The notes: generated from the letters alone by a model not told the origin. A stretch of 28,384 bases of DNA from a candidate division WOR-3 bacterium (GCA_050124875.1 JASFEK010000001.1:1-28384); one strand, 5' to 3'; positions 15,472 through 23,801 are shown, counted from the stretch's first letter. Made by a program: numbers and translations.

Positions 15472-16107
15472 ATGCCGAGAACCAAAATAAAACCACGCAA
15501 GAAAAAGGCTAGCCCTGAACGCAAGAAGGCTTTCAACGGGGTAAACTCCTTTACCGAGAGGCTGTCTAAATATCAGCAGTTAAGTGACGGTGAGCTCGTA
15601 CAACTGGTAAAGGCAGGCGAAGCAGAGCCGTTTGACGAGCTTGTGCGCCGTCATAGTGTTAAGATCCATGATCTTTGTTATAAGATTCTCCGCAACTATG
15701 ATGATGCTAGCGATATGGCTCAGGAGACCTTCATCAAGGCGTACCGGAAAATCAACAAATTCGACGGGCGATCGAAATTTTCCACGTGGCTTTACCGGAT
15801 CGCGGTAAATAATTGCCTCAATTATATCAAGAAGCGGCGTCCGACTGAGGAAATATACGACGAGATGATGAGCGGTGGCAAAGATGACCCGGTTGAACGG
15901 TACCGAAGCAAGAAACTGAGGGAGATGATCTATGAAGCAGTGGCCAAGCTGCCGACTGTGCAGAGAGCCGTTTTCACGTTACGCACACTTGAGGATATGT
16001 CATACCAGGATGTGAGCGATATCTTGAAAAAGCCGATAAGTACGATCAAGGTAAATCATCACCTTGCCGTTAAGAACTTAAGGAACTATATGAAGACCAA
16101 AATATGA
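15472..16107 (+). CDS. ECF RNA polymerase sigma factor
   Basis: 211 aa. SDGELV....G...FDELVRRH, region 2 DMAQETFIKAY...FDGRSKFSTWLYRIAVN, region 4 LP..QR.VF.LR.LEDMSYQDVSDIL. ATGA overlap with the anti-sigma gene. Confidence 0.95.
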   Translation: MPRTKIKPRKKKASPERKKAFNGVNSFTERLSKYQQLSDGELVQLVKAGEAEPFDELVRRHSVKIHDLCYKILRNYDDASDMAQETFIKAYRKINKFDGRSKFSTWLYRIAVNNCLNYIKKRRPTEEIYDEMMSGGKDDPVERYRSKKLREMIYEAVAKLPTVQRAVFTLRTLEDMSYQDVSDILKKPISTIKVNHHLAVKNLRNYMKTKI

Positions 16108-16571
16108 AGTGTTCGGAAGTACAAGAAAACATAATTGACATGCTCTGTGATGAAATATCTCCTGAGCAGCGTACCGCGGTACTCGATCACATCCGAGGGT
16201 GCCCTGCATGCCGTCAAGAGTATCAACTGCTCGATGAATGCCTGCAGCTTTGTACATGCACCGAAACCGAAACCTGCACCTGTCAGTTTCAAGAAACATA
16301 CTGGGAAAACTTTGTTTTCTCAGTACATGAAAAAATCGTCCACGAGAAGTTTGAGAGGAGATTTCCTTTCCGGATCGTGATCCCGGTTGTCGCCTCGGCC
16401 CTTGTCGCATTCAGTATCGGCTACTTCTTATTTGTCCGGCCTAGACCCGAAGTAACTGCACAAGAAGGCGCGCCGCGTCTTGAAGGTGGTCAATACGAAG
16501 ATGTATATGAACTGACCCCCGAACAACAGGAAGAGTTCATAAGGATCATAAACCAGCGCTATGGTCAGTAG
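16104..16571 (+). CDS. Zn-finger (ZAS-type) transmembrane anti-sigma factor with an extra Cys-rich motif
   Basis: 155 aa. N-terminal C..V, HIRGCPAC (HxxxCxxC), CTCTETETCTC, one TM helix (IVIPVVASALVAFSIGYFLFV), short C-terminal domain. Confidence 0.85.
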   Translation: MKCSEVQENIIDMLCDEISPEQRTAVLDHIRGCPACRQEYQLLDECLQLCTCTETETCTCQFQETYWENFVFSVHEKIVHEKFERRFPFRIVIPVVASALVAFSIGYFLFVRPRPEVTAQEGAPRLEGGQYEDVYELTPEQQEEFIRIINQRYGQ

Positions 16572-16592
16572 GGATCATACCTCGATGACTGG

Positions 16593-16620
16593 TTGACCAT
16601 AGGCTGGAATTATTTATAAT
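16593..16620 (+). promoter_or_regulatory. sigma70-type promoter (leaderless candidate) for the beta-CASP nuclease
   Basis: TTGACC, 16-nt spacer, TATAAT, 5 nt (ACTGC), then ATG at 16626; no SD. Confidence 0.8.
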
Positions 16621-16625
16621 ACTGC

Positions 16626-18002
16626 ATGGATCTTACCTTCATCGGCGCTGCGCGAACCGTAACTGGTTCGCTTCATCTTTTTGAATATAATAAGCAAAAA
16701 TTCTTGCTTGAATGCGGAATGTTCCAGGGGCACCGCGAGGAAGCTGAACGGATAAACAGCACCTTTCCCTTCAAGCCAAAAGACATCAAGGCGGTAATAC
16801 TTTCCCATGCTCATATCGATCATTCTGGCAATTTACCCAATCTGGTAAAACGGGGATACACCGGACCCATTTTTTGCACGAGTGCGACCAAAGACATTGC
16901 TTCATTGCTGCTACTCGACTCGGCCAAGATCCAGCAATACGATTTCGAGTACCTTAACAAGAAGCGTGCCGAGAAAGGCCTGCCGCCGAAGGAACCACTT
17001 TACACAATAGATGATGCAGAAACGACTCTCAAGCAGTTCGAGCCGGTCGAATATGCGAATACCTTCGAACCCCTCGCCGGTGTGCGTGTTACGCTCTTCG
17101 ATGCCGGACACATTCTAGGATCATCAGTAATACTCATTGAAGCCGAGGGAAAACGTATCCTTTTCAGTGGCGACCTAGGACGCAAAGGCATGCCCATTAT
17201 CAAGGACCCGGCAAAGGTTGAGGATATCGACTACTTGATCCTTGAATCCACATACGGTGGGCGGCAGCACGAATCGTTCGAAGACATGCAGGGTGAATTG
17301 AAAACGCTGATCCTGGAGGGCAAGAAGAAGCACAGCAAGATAATCATCCCGGCATTCGCGGTCGAGCGCACCCAGTTGCTGGTGACCATACTGAAAAACC
17401 TATACGACGAGGGCACACTGAAAGATGTTCCGGTCTACATCGACAGTCCACTGGCGTCGAATGTAACTGACGTATTCCGAAGACACCCTGAATGCTTCGA
17501 CAAAGAAACCTTCAAGATATTCACTGAAGGAGACCCATTCAACTTTGCGAATCTACACTACGTAGCAGATACTGACGAATCGAAATCGCTAAATCACAAA
17601 CCAGGACCCCTGATCGTGATGTCCGCGTCGGGGATGTGCGAAGGCGGCCGCGTAACGCACCACCTCATCCACAATATCGGGGATGCGAACAATATGATAA
17701 TCCTCACCGGATTTCAGGCACGTGGAACACTGGGCAGAAAGATACTACAGCGTGAACCCAGGGTCTATATTTTCAACGACGAGTTTGACCTGCGTGCACA
17801 AACCTATTTCATTGGTGGACTATCGGCCCACGCCGACGGTGATGACCTGTTGCAGTATGTGAAGGACAGCGGTAATGGCCGCCTCAAGAAGGTATATCTC
17901 GTGCATGGTGAGATCGAGGAAGCACAAGCACTCCAGCAGAGGATAGAAGAACTGGGTCTCGAAGTCGATATTCCTCAGAGTTTGACTCAAGTCAGCATCT
18001 AG
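16626..18002 (+). CDS. MBL-fold beta-CASP metallo-hydrolase (COG1236, probable ribonuclease)
   Basis: 458 aa. GAARTVTGS, ECGMFQG, LSHAHIDHSG, AGHILGS, FSGDLG, ESTYG.R.H, PAFAVERTQ, SASGMCEGGR..HH, GFQARGTLGR, SAHAD, VHGE. Confidence 0.93.
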   Translation: MDLTFIGAARTVTGSLHLFEYNKQKFLLECGMFQGHREEAERINSTFPFKPKDIKAVILSHAHIDHSGNLPNLVKRGYTGPIFCTSATKDIASLLLLDSAKIQQYDFEYLNKKRAEKGLPPKEPLYTIDDAETTLKQFEPVEYANTFEPLAGVRVTLFDAGHILGSSVILIEAEGKRILFSGDLGRKGMPIIKDPAKVEDIDYLILESTYGGRQHESFEDMQGELKTLILEGKKKHSKIIIPAFAVERTQLLVTILKNLYDEGTLKDVPVYIDSPLASNVTDVFRRHPECFDKETFKIFTEGDPFNFANLHYVADTDESKSLNHKPGPLIVMSASGMCEGGRVTHHLIHNIGDANNMIILTGFQARGTLGRKILQREPRVYIFNDEFDLRAQTYFIGGLSAHADGDDLLQYVKDSGNGRLKKVYLVHGEIEEAQALQQRIEELGLEVDIPQSLTQVSI

Positions 18003-18041
18003 ATAATTCAGCACAAAACCCGGCGCACCACCCGCAAAAAC

Positions 18042-18069
18042 TTGACGCTCGCGCGCAAGGGACTATAAT
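18042..18069 (+). promoter_or_regulatory. sigma70-type promoter (leaderless candidate) for the DUF2520 gene
   Basis: TTGACG, 16-nt spacer, TATAAT, 5 nt (CATTC), then ATG at 18075; no SD. Confidence 0.8.
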
Positions 18070-18074
18070 CATTC

Positions 18075-18902
18075 ATGCGTATCGGACTGATCGGTTGTGG
18101 CAGGGTTGGGGTGACCATCTTTCATATACTCAAGAAACGCCATGAGGTTATCGGTGTCTACGATACAGACAAGAAGAACGAGCAAGCAGCCATCCGGCTG
18201 CTCGGCATTCGGAAGAATCCTCCATACAGGGAATTGATCGAGCAATGCGAGGTCATATTCCTAGCGACACCTGACGATGCGCTCGCCAAGGCATACCAAG
18301 AGATGTATGAACAGTTATCGGGCACCAAATACGTGTTTCATTTCAGCGGCATTCTCCCAGCTGATATCCTGTCCCCGAAGAAGAACATCCACCGCGCTTC
18401 AGTACACCCCTTTGCCACTTTCCCCGAGATCACAATCCGGACCAGAAGCCGGCCTTTTGTTCTTTCGATCGAGGGTGACCGCGCAGCCATGAACAAGGCA
18501 CGCAGCATCTTCAGTCCGAAATACTTCACGCTGAAGCACCTAAGAAAGCAGGATAAAGCCCTGTATCACTTGATCGGCGTATTCTCATCTAATCTGCTCG
18601 TCGGCCTTCTCACGGCAATCTACGACATTGCACACAAGACGGGCTGGAACGACAAGGACCTTCGGCAATTAGTGTTCCCGATTATCGCCCAAACCCTGCA
18701 AAACATTGAGCAGTACGGGCTAAAAAGATCTTTGAGCGGACCCATTCCCCGCGGCGACATAGAGACCATAGAAAAACACCTCAAAGCGCTTAAGAAAGAT
18801 AAACGACTCTTGAAAATATACCGGGAACTCTCTCTATTTATCGTAGAGAATCTAACATCAGGAAGCAAAAACCGCCGGCTTAAAAAGATTCTCGAAGAAT
18901 AG
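18075..18902 (+). CDS. Rossmann-like + DUF2520 domain oxidoreductase (PanG-like; function not assured)
   Basis: 275 aa. IGLIGCGRVG, IFLATPDDAL, VFHFSG, SVHPFATF, KALYH....F.SN, SLSGPIPRGDIETIEKHL. Confidence 0.88.
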   Translation: MRIGLIGCGRVGVTIFHILKKRHEVIGVYDTDKKNEQAAIRLLGIRKNPPYRELIEQCEVIFLATPDDALAKAYQEMYEQLSGTKYVFHFSGILPADILSPKKNIHRASVHPFATFPEITIRTRSRPFVLSIEGDRAAMNKARSIFSPKYFTLKHLRKQDKALYHLIGVFSSNLLVGLLTAIYDIAHKTGWNDKDLRQLVFPIIAQTLQNIEQYGLKRSLSGPIPRGDIETIEKHLKALKKDKRLLKIYRELSLFIVENLTSGSKNRRLKKILEE

Positions 18903-18910
18903 CATCCTTG

Positions 18911-18983
18911 AACACGAGGTCCAACGATCAACGCTACCTTCCGTGAATACGCTCTACGAGTTACGAACACGAACGCCGTAACG
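18911..18983. repeat. Degenerate ACG-core short repeats
   Basis: ACG at 18914, 18924, 18931, 18949, 18956, 18963, 18969, 18973, 18981 (several 7-nt spacings) in an ~80-nt intergenic gap. Confidence 0.45.
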
Positions 18984-18984
18984 G

Positions 18985-19012
18985 TTGACTTTTCCACTAT
19001 TCAGCGTAGAAT
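18985..19012 (+). promoter_or_regulatory. sigma70-type promoter (leaderless candidate) for the Ig-like lipoprotein operon
   Basis: TTGACT (18985-18990), 16-nt spacer, TAGAAT (19007-19012), 5 nt (TCCCC), then ATG at 19018. Confidence 0.8.
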
Positions 19013-19017
19013 TCCCC

Positions 19018-19935
19018 ATGCGTGGACGTGCCACACTTCTGCTCGGGCTGATCTTGCTGGCCTGCGCCCACAAAGCACCACCCATTGCCAAAGACCGCCT
19101 TAATCCAAAACTCTTAAGGGTCGAAGTGCTCAATACGCGGCAGATACAGCTCACATTCAGCGAAGAAATCGATACCGCCGCACTCGTAATTGATAGCATT
19201 CGTTTAACGTCAGAGAGTAAGACACTGGCTGTTGATCAGGTCTATCCATCACTTTCCTCGTCGGAAATCGTATTGATCACAGAACCAATGGAAGAGGTTA
19301 CTTATGAGATCAATGGCGTAGTATATGACAACGCCGAGAACAAAGGTAATTTCAGCAAGACATTCAAGGGATCGACACTTCCTGACACGATCGCTCCATG
19401 GATCGTAGGCTATGCGCAAGGGCGCAACACAAGCGAATTTCATTTGAGCTTCACCGAAGCGCTGGATACACTGTCGCTTGCCTTTTCGACACTACCCAAG
19501 AAGAGTTTAATGCCGGTTTGGGTCAACACCCGATACGTTAGGTTTGTTCCAGAGACAGCCGGTGAATCCCTGGGGTTCGACACCACTTATTATCTGTATC
19601 TCAAGGTGGTACGGGACATCAGCGGTAACCGCGCGGCGCCCTTTATCACTTCAATCACCCCGGACACCGTATACCGGCCGATCATCCTGCAAGGTAAAGC
19701 CTTGATCAATGAAACCCCCGTGGTCAGTGGCTTAGCCCTGCTCGAAAGAAACGCCCCTGTCGCCGTCACGCTGGTCACAGATGGCGAATTCACGTTCGAA
19801 GTCAGAGATTCCTTGAACTTTGATGTGCAAGTCATTGCCGGAGATTACTCAGGCAAAGGAACGGTCAAGGCCGGCGGGGATAATACGATAAAGTTGGAAC
19901 CAGGAAAGGTGGATATTGACCGTCTTATTGATTAG
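19018..19935 (+). CDS. Lipoprotein with Ig-like (SbsA/Big-type) domains
   Basis: The ORF-track start at 18985 is the -35 box. ATG 19018 gives 305 aa with MRGRATLLLGLILLAC (lipobox LLAC), I.LTFSEEID, Y.ING.VYDNAEN, DTIAP, V.DISGN. Confidence 0.75.
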   Translation: MRGRATLLLGLILLACAHKAPPIAKDRLNPKLLRVEVLNTRQIQLTFSEEIDTAALVIDSIRLTSESKTLAVDQVYPSLSSSEIVLITEPMEEVTYEINGVVYDNAENKGNFSKTFKGSTLPDTIAPWIVGYAQGRNTSEFHLSFTEALDTLSLAFSTLPKKSLMPVWVNTRYVRFVPETAGESLGFDTTYYLYLKVVRDISGNRAAPFITSITPDTVYRPIILQGKALINETPVVSGLALLERNAPVAVTLVTDGEFTFEVRDSLNFDVQVIAGDYSGKGTVKAGGDNTIKLEPGKVDIDRLID

Positions 19936-21844
19936 TGCCACTGCATTCATCATCACCATCCTGCTGTACTGGAGGCGACCGCTGCAATTGATCCTGCGTA
20001 CTTTGGCGATATTGCTCATGCTGGTGCTGATTACCAATATCACAATACGAACCGACGTTGAGGTCACGAGAAACAACCCGCTCATTTTGATCGATTACTC
20101 GATGAGCATGAGAACGCATCATGCCGACATCCTTGACCGAATATCAAGAGTCGATTTTGAACATGACCTGTTTTTCTCCCATTGCAGTTTGTTGACCACA
20201 GAGAAGCCCGAGAATCCTGGTTCTTACACCGACCTCAAAACCACGATCGAACAAGCCGACCAACAGGATCCGGCATTCATTGTTCTCATTAGCGACGGTA
20301 ACCACAATTACGGAGCGTCGCCACTTTCTTCAGCCGGAACATTAAACACACCCGTGTACATCTACGGTGTTGGGGACGAAAACCCCCGTAATGTATCGAT
20401 CATCGACGTCGCCTATCCGCGATACGCTTATGACAAGGATTCAATTCGAATCGAAGCGACCGTCGAGAGTGGAGGTTTTCCGGCCGGCATGATCGATTTG
20501 GTCCTGAACTCGGCCGAGGGGAAGAGAATCGCTGCACGACCCCTACCGCTCAGCGATGTTCCCGCGAGGAACACGATCACATTCATCTACATTGCTAGTG
20601 AACCAGGCAGTGTTCAATTGAAACTCAGTGTTGCGCCACAGCCGGATGAAATATCATATGAAGACAATAAATACACTTTGACGCTCAACATCCTGGAAGA
20701 AAGGATCAGGATTCTATACTACACGGATCACATATCTTTCAACACAAAATACATTCTCCGTTCAGTGCAAGGTGACCCTAACTTATCGCTCTTGCCGATC
20801 GCCCATCTCGGCTCAAACGAGTATCGTGATATCACACAAGGCATCAGGTTGACACGTCTGCCTGATCTTGCGGATTTTGACGTGTTGATCTTAGACAATG
20901 TCGATCTCAAAGCTCTGCCCTGGCGCAATGTGCCCGGCAGGTTGAGCCGCGGTACCGGCATTCTACTGAGCGGCACGCTTCATGGCATCAGTAAGGCCTG
21001 GCTGGAGATTATGCCCATCAGTTTAGCCGAAGGCCTGCTCCATGGATCACATCAAATTGAGATAATTGAACCGTTCTCCGTACTCACCGAAAGCAACAAT
21101 CCACCGGTGAGAACCATTAACCGTGTGATAGCCGCTAAAGAGGATGCGGTCATAGTGGCGCGAGCCGGCAACCTCCCGGTGATCGGTTACCGCATGCACG
21201 AACGCGGCAAGGTGTTCCAACTCGCCATTCCCGGTCTGGGTCTTTGGCAATTCCTGCGCAGCGGACTCAAGGGTGATGCCTTCTTACCCCGGCTCATCGG
21301 CGATATCGTAAGATCGGTTTCGTTCACCGGACAACACCCACGCCTCCTGCTCACCTCAAAGGACCCTGAATACATTCTGGGCGAAACAGTAAACCTGACT
21401 CTGCAGAGTTATGACCGCGATTTCCGACCCGCTGGTGCCGGTGATTTCTTTCTCGTGATCAACGAAGAGAGAATACCCTTCTACGAGACTAAGATGGGTC
21501 AATACGAAGCTACCCTGGTCGCGAAAAAGATGGGCCGGTATGAGATCCTTGCCGAAGGTGATCTGCGCGGCGAGCGACTCACGAGCAATGTGCTGGACAT
21601 CAATGTCTCGTCCCGGGCCGTGGAAAACGAATACCGGATGAACCAAGAACTACTCAAGCGGACCGCCGCCATGACCGGCGGCAGCTTTCATTCGCTGGAT
21701 GAGCTGGGTAATATCGAGCTGCCTGAGACCGTCCCGAAGACAGCAAGCAGAACACTCAGCTTTGACTCACCATTCACATACGGCGCGGTGATCATATTCC
21801 TGGCAATTGACTGGATCATGCGCCGGCGTCGAGGCATAACATGA
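19916..21844 (+). CDS. Membrane protein with vWA-like, Ig-like and glutamine-amidotransferase-like domains
   Basis: 642 aa, TTG start. Two N-terminal TM helices, LIDYSMS (DxSxS), LISDG.HN.G, VYIYGVG, DFDVLILDNV, LLKRTAAMTGG, C-terminal TM FLAIDWIMRRRRG. Confidence 0.75.
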   Translation: MTVLLISATAFIITILLYWRRPLQLILRTLAILLMLVLITNITIRTDVEVTRNNPLILIDYSMSMRTHHADILDRISRVDFEHDLFFSHCSLLTTEKPENPGSYTDLKTTIEQADQQDPAFIVLISDGNHNYGASPLSSAGTLNTPVYIYGVGDENPRNVSIIDVAYPRYAYDKDSIRIEATVESGGFPAGMIDLVLNSAEGKRIAARPLPLSDVPARNTITFIYIASEPGSVQLKLSVAPQPDEISYEDNKYTLTLNILEERIRILYYTDHISFNTKYILRSVQGDPNLSLLPIAHLGSNEYRDITQGIRLTRLPDLADFDVLILDNVDLKALPWRNVPGRLSRGTGILLSGTLHGISKAWLEIMPISLAEGLLHGSHQIEIIEPFSVLTESNNPPVRTINRVIAAKEDAVIVARAGNLPVIGYRMHERGKVFQLAIPGLGLWQFLRSGLKGDAFLPRLIGDIVRSVSFTGQHPRLLLTSKDPEYILGETVNLTLQSYDRDFRPAGAGDFFLVINEERIPFYETKMGQYEATLVAKKMGRYEILAEGDLRGERLTSNVLDINVSSRAVENEYRMNQELLKRTAAMTGGSFHSLDELGNIELPETVPKTASRTLSFDSPFTYGAVIIFLAIDWIMRRRRGIT

Positions 21845-22380
21845 ACCCGCAGGATCTTGTAGCAAGGGGGTTGTCTCCGGAACTGGCCGTATTCTTAACA
21901 TCTATGCTGCCGGTCATTGAGCTGCGCGGTGCCCTACCCTTGGCCATCAACGTATTCGACATCAGCTGGCCTAAGGCCTTTCTCATTGCCTACATTGGTA
22001 ACCTGATCCCGGCACCCGTAATCCTGTGGTTGCTTGGTCCAGTTGTGAAACTGCTTTCCAAAATAGGAATCTTCAACCGTTTCTTCACCTGGCTCTTCGA
22101 AAGGACCAGGAAGAAAAGCAGCAAGGTGATCGAGAAATACGAGGAGATCGGACTCATGGCCTTCGTGGCAATACCATTACCGGGAACCGGTGCCTGGACC
22201 GGAGCACTCATCGCCTTCCTGTTCGGCCTAGATTTCAAAAAATCCCTGCTGATCATCGCCATCGGTGTTCTCATTGCCGGGGTAATCGTAACAAGTTTAT
22301 GTCTCCTGGGTTGGGTTGGAGCAATTATCGCCGGTGCGGGGTTGGCGATACTCGCCGGTCTGGGGTTTTGGAAATTCTAG
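21841..22380 (+). CDS. Small multi-drug export family membrane protein (COG2426)
   Basis: 179 aa. SMLPVIELRGALPLA, GNLIPAP, FVAIPLPGTGAWTGALIA. ATGA overlap with the upstream gene. Confidence 0.88.
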   Translation: MNPQDLVARGLSPELAVFLTSMLPVIELRGALPLAINVFDISWPKAFLIAYIGNLIPAPVILWLLGPVVKLLSKIGIFNRFFTWLFERTRKKSSKVIEKYEEIGLMAFVAIPLPGTGAWTGALIAFLFGLDFKKSLLIIAIGVLIAGVIVTSLCLLGWVGAIIAGAGLAILAGLGFWKF

Positions 22381-22398
22381 CGCTAGTATTCGATACTA

Positions 22399-22947
22399 CT
22401 AAGTACCGCCCAGCTTTTGCAGCTGCATCCCGCTCCTACATAGCGGACATTCTTCTGGCTCATAATTCTCTACTACGGTCTTGTAGACGGCAAACGGAGT
22501 GAACGGCAGCTCTTTTTCCGAGCGGTCGATCAGCACGGCGACCCCGATCACTTCACCACCCTTCTCACGGATCGCATCAATCGTTTCGATCAAGGACTTA
22601 CCCGTAGTCATGACATCGTCGACGAGCAGAACTCTCTTACCACTTATGTCAAAGCCTCGGCCAACGACCCGTTTACCACCCTGTTCTTCGGCAAATCCAG
22701 AAAACACACCCAACTGGCGTGCGACCTCGAAGGCAATTATGATACCGCCCGTCGTTGGACCAATGATCCAATCCACCTTTTTGTTCTTAAATTCTTCCAC
22801 AATAATCCTAGAGAGTTTAGTCGTAGCGTCGGGGTTTTCTAGAATCCTGAATTTCTGGAAGTAGTACTTGCTGTGTAAACCCGAATTGAGCAGAAAGTGA
22901 CCTTCCTGCAATACCTTTAAATCTTTAAGCACACGCTCAACATCCAT
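22399..22947 (-). CDS. pyrE: Orotate phosphoribosyltransferase
   Basis: 182 aa. GHFLLNSGLHS..Y, GPTTGGIIIA, PRPP motif VLLVDDVMTTGKS, LIDRS, CPLC near the C-terminus. Confidence 0.93.
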   Translation of the reverse strand: MDVERVLKDLKVLQEGHFLLNSGLHSKYYFQKFRILENPDATTKLSRIIVEEFKNKKVDWIIGPTTGGIIIAFEVARQLGVFSGFAEEQGGKRVVGRGFDISGKRVLLVDDVMTTGKSLIETIDAIREKGGEVIGVAVLIDRSEKELPFTPFAVYKTVVENYEPEECPLCRSGMQLQKLGGT

Positions 22948-23662
22948 CGTCTATCTCCTTCAATATTGCCTCAGCGGCTGCAATGGGGTCCTCCGCCTTT
23001 ACGATTGGGCGGCCAACCACAATATAGTCGGCGCCGGCCTTGATCGCCTGTGCAGGTGTCATGGTTCTCACCTGATCATCCAGCATGACATCCTTTTGCG
23101 CAGGCCGTATACCCGGGGTAACGACCAGAAAATCATCACCACAGCACTGGCGGATGGGCACGATCTCCCGCGGCGATGCCACAACGCCATCGAGCCCGGC
23201 GCTCCGCGCCAGCTGAGCCAGAAATATGACCTGCTCGGCAAGCGTCCTCTGCACATTGCCAAACAAGTCTTTGAAATACGCTTCGTCAATACTGGTCAAC
23301 ACGGTTATCCCCAACAGCTTTGGTTTCTCAGAAGCACCACTACCGGCGCAGGTGAGAATCGCCTTTACTGCCTCTTCGAGCATTGAAAAGCCACCGCTTG
23401 CATGCACCGTTATAAGATCTACCCCCATGTTCAACGCACCTTCACATGCACGAGCCACTGTATTGGGTATGTCATGGTACTTCAAGTCCAGCATGATCTT
23501 TTTATCTTTGGCCTTTAAATAGGTTACAATCTCCGGTCCGAAAAACGTAAACGGAGCAGCACCAATTTTGTAGTATAAAACACGTGTGGCCAGTTTCTCA
23601 ACCAGTGACCGTATTTCTGTGATATCGGTCATATCCAGAGAAACGATCAACTTATCCTTCAT
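22937..23662 (-). CDS. pyrF: Orotidine-5'-phosphate decarboxylase
   Basis: LIVSLD, YKIG, LDLKYHDIPNTV, TVHASGG, ITVLTS, LDGVVAS, VTPGIRP, DQVR, VVGRPI. ATG 23662 chosen; TTG 23665 is also possible. Confidence 0.96.
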   Translation of the reverse strand: MKDKLIVSLDMTDITEIRSLVEKLATRVLYYKIGAAPFTFFGPEIVTYLKAKDKKIMLDLKYHDIPNTVARACEGALNMGVDLITVHASGGFSMLEEAVKAILTCAGSGASEKPKLLGITVLTSIDEAYFKDLFGNVQRTLAEQVIFLAQLARSAGLDGVVASPREIVPIRQCCGDDFLVVTPGIRPAQKDVMLDDQVRTMTPAQAIKAGADYIVVGRPIVKAEDPIAAAEAILKEIDDGC

Positions 23663-23678
23663 CAAACCCCCTTTTTAC

Positions 23679-23793
23679 TTCGGTTTCGGTTGTCGGTTTC
23701 GAAAGACTATTCGGTCTCGAACGACGGCTTCGTCAAACGATATCCGACATCCGATCAACGTATCGCTTCTCGAAACCGCCCAACGACAAACGA
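23679..23793. repeat. CG-core short-period repeat region with inverted arms inside the pyr operon
   Basis: TTCGGT-TTCGGT-TGTCGGT-TTCGA left arm; CGGTTTCGA (23694-23702) / TCGAAACCG (23770-23778) inverted; CG at exact 7-nt period at 23731, 23738, 23745, 23752, 23759 and 23777, 23784, 23791. Confidence 0.6.
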
Positions 23794-23801
23794 TTTCCTC
23801 A

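Noticed and set aside
22377-22398. Small palindromes (CTAGCGCTAG; TAGTAT-tcg-ATACTA) between convergent stop codons
   Set aside because: AT-rich, short and partly explained by the two TAG stops; not a credible terminator.
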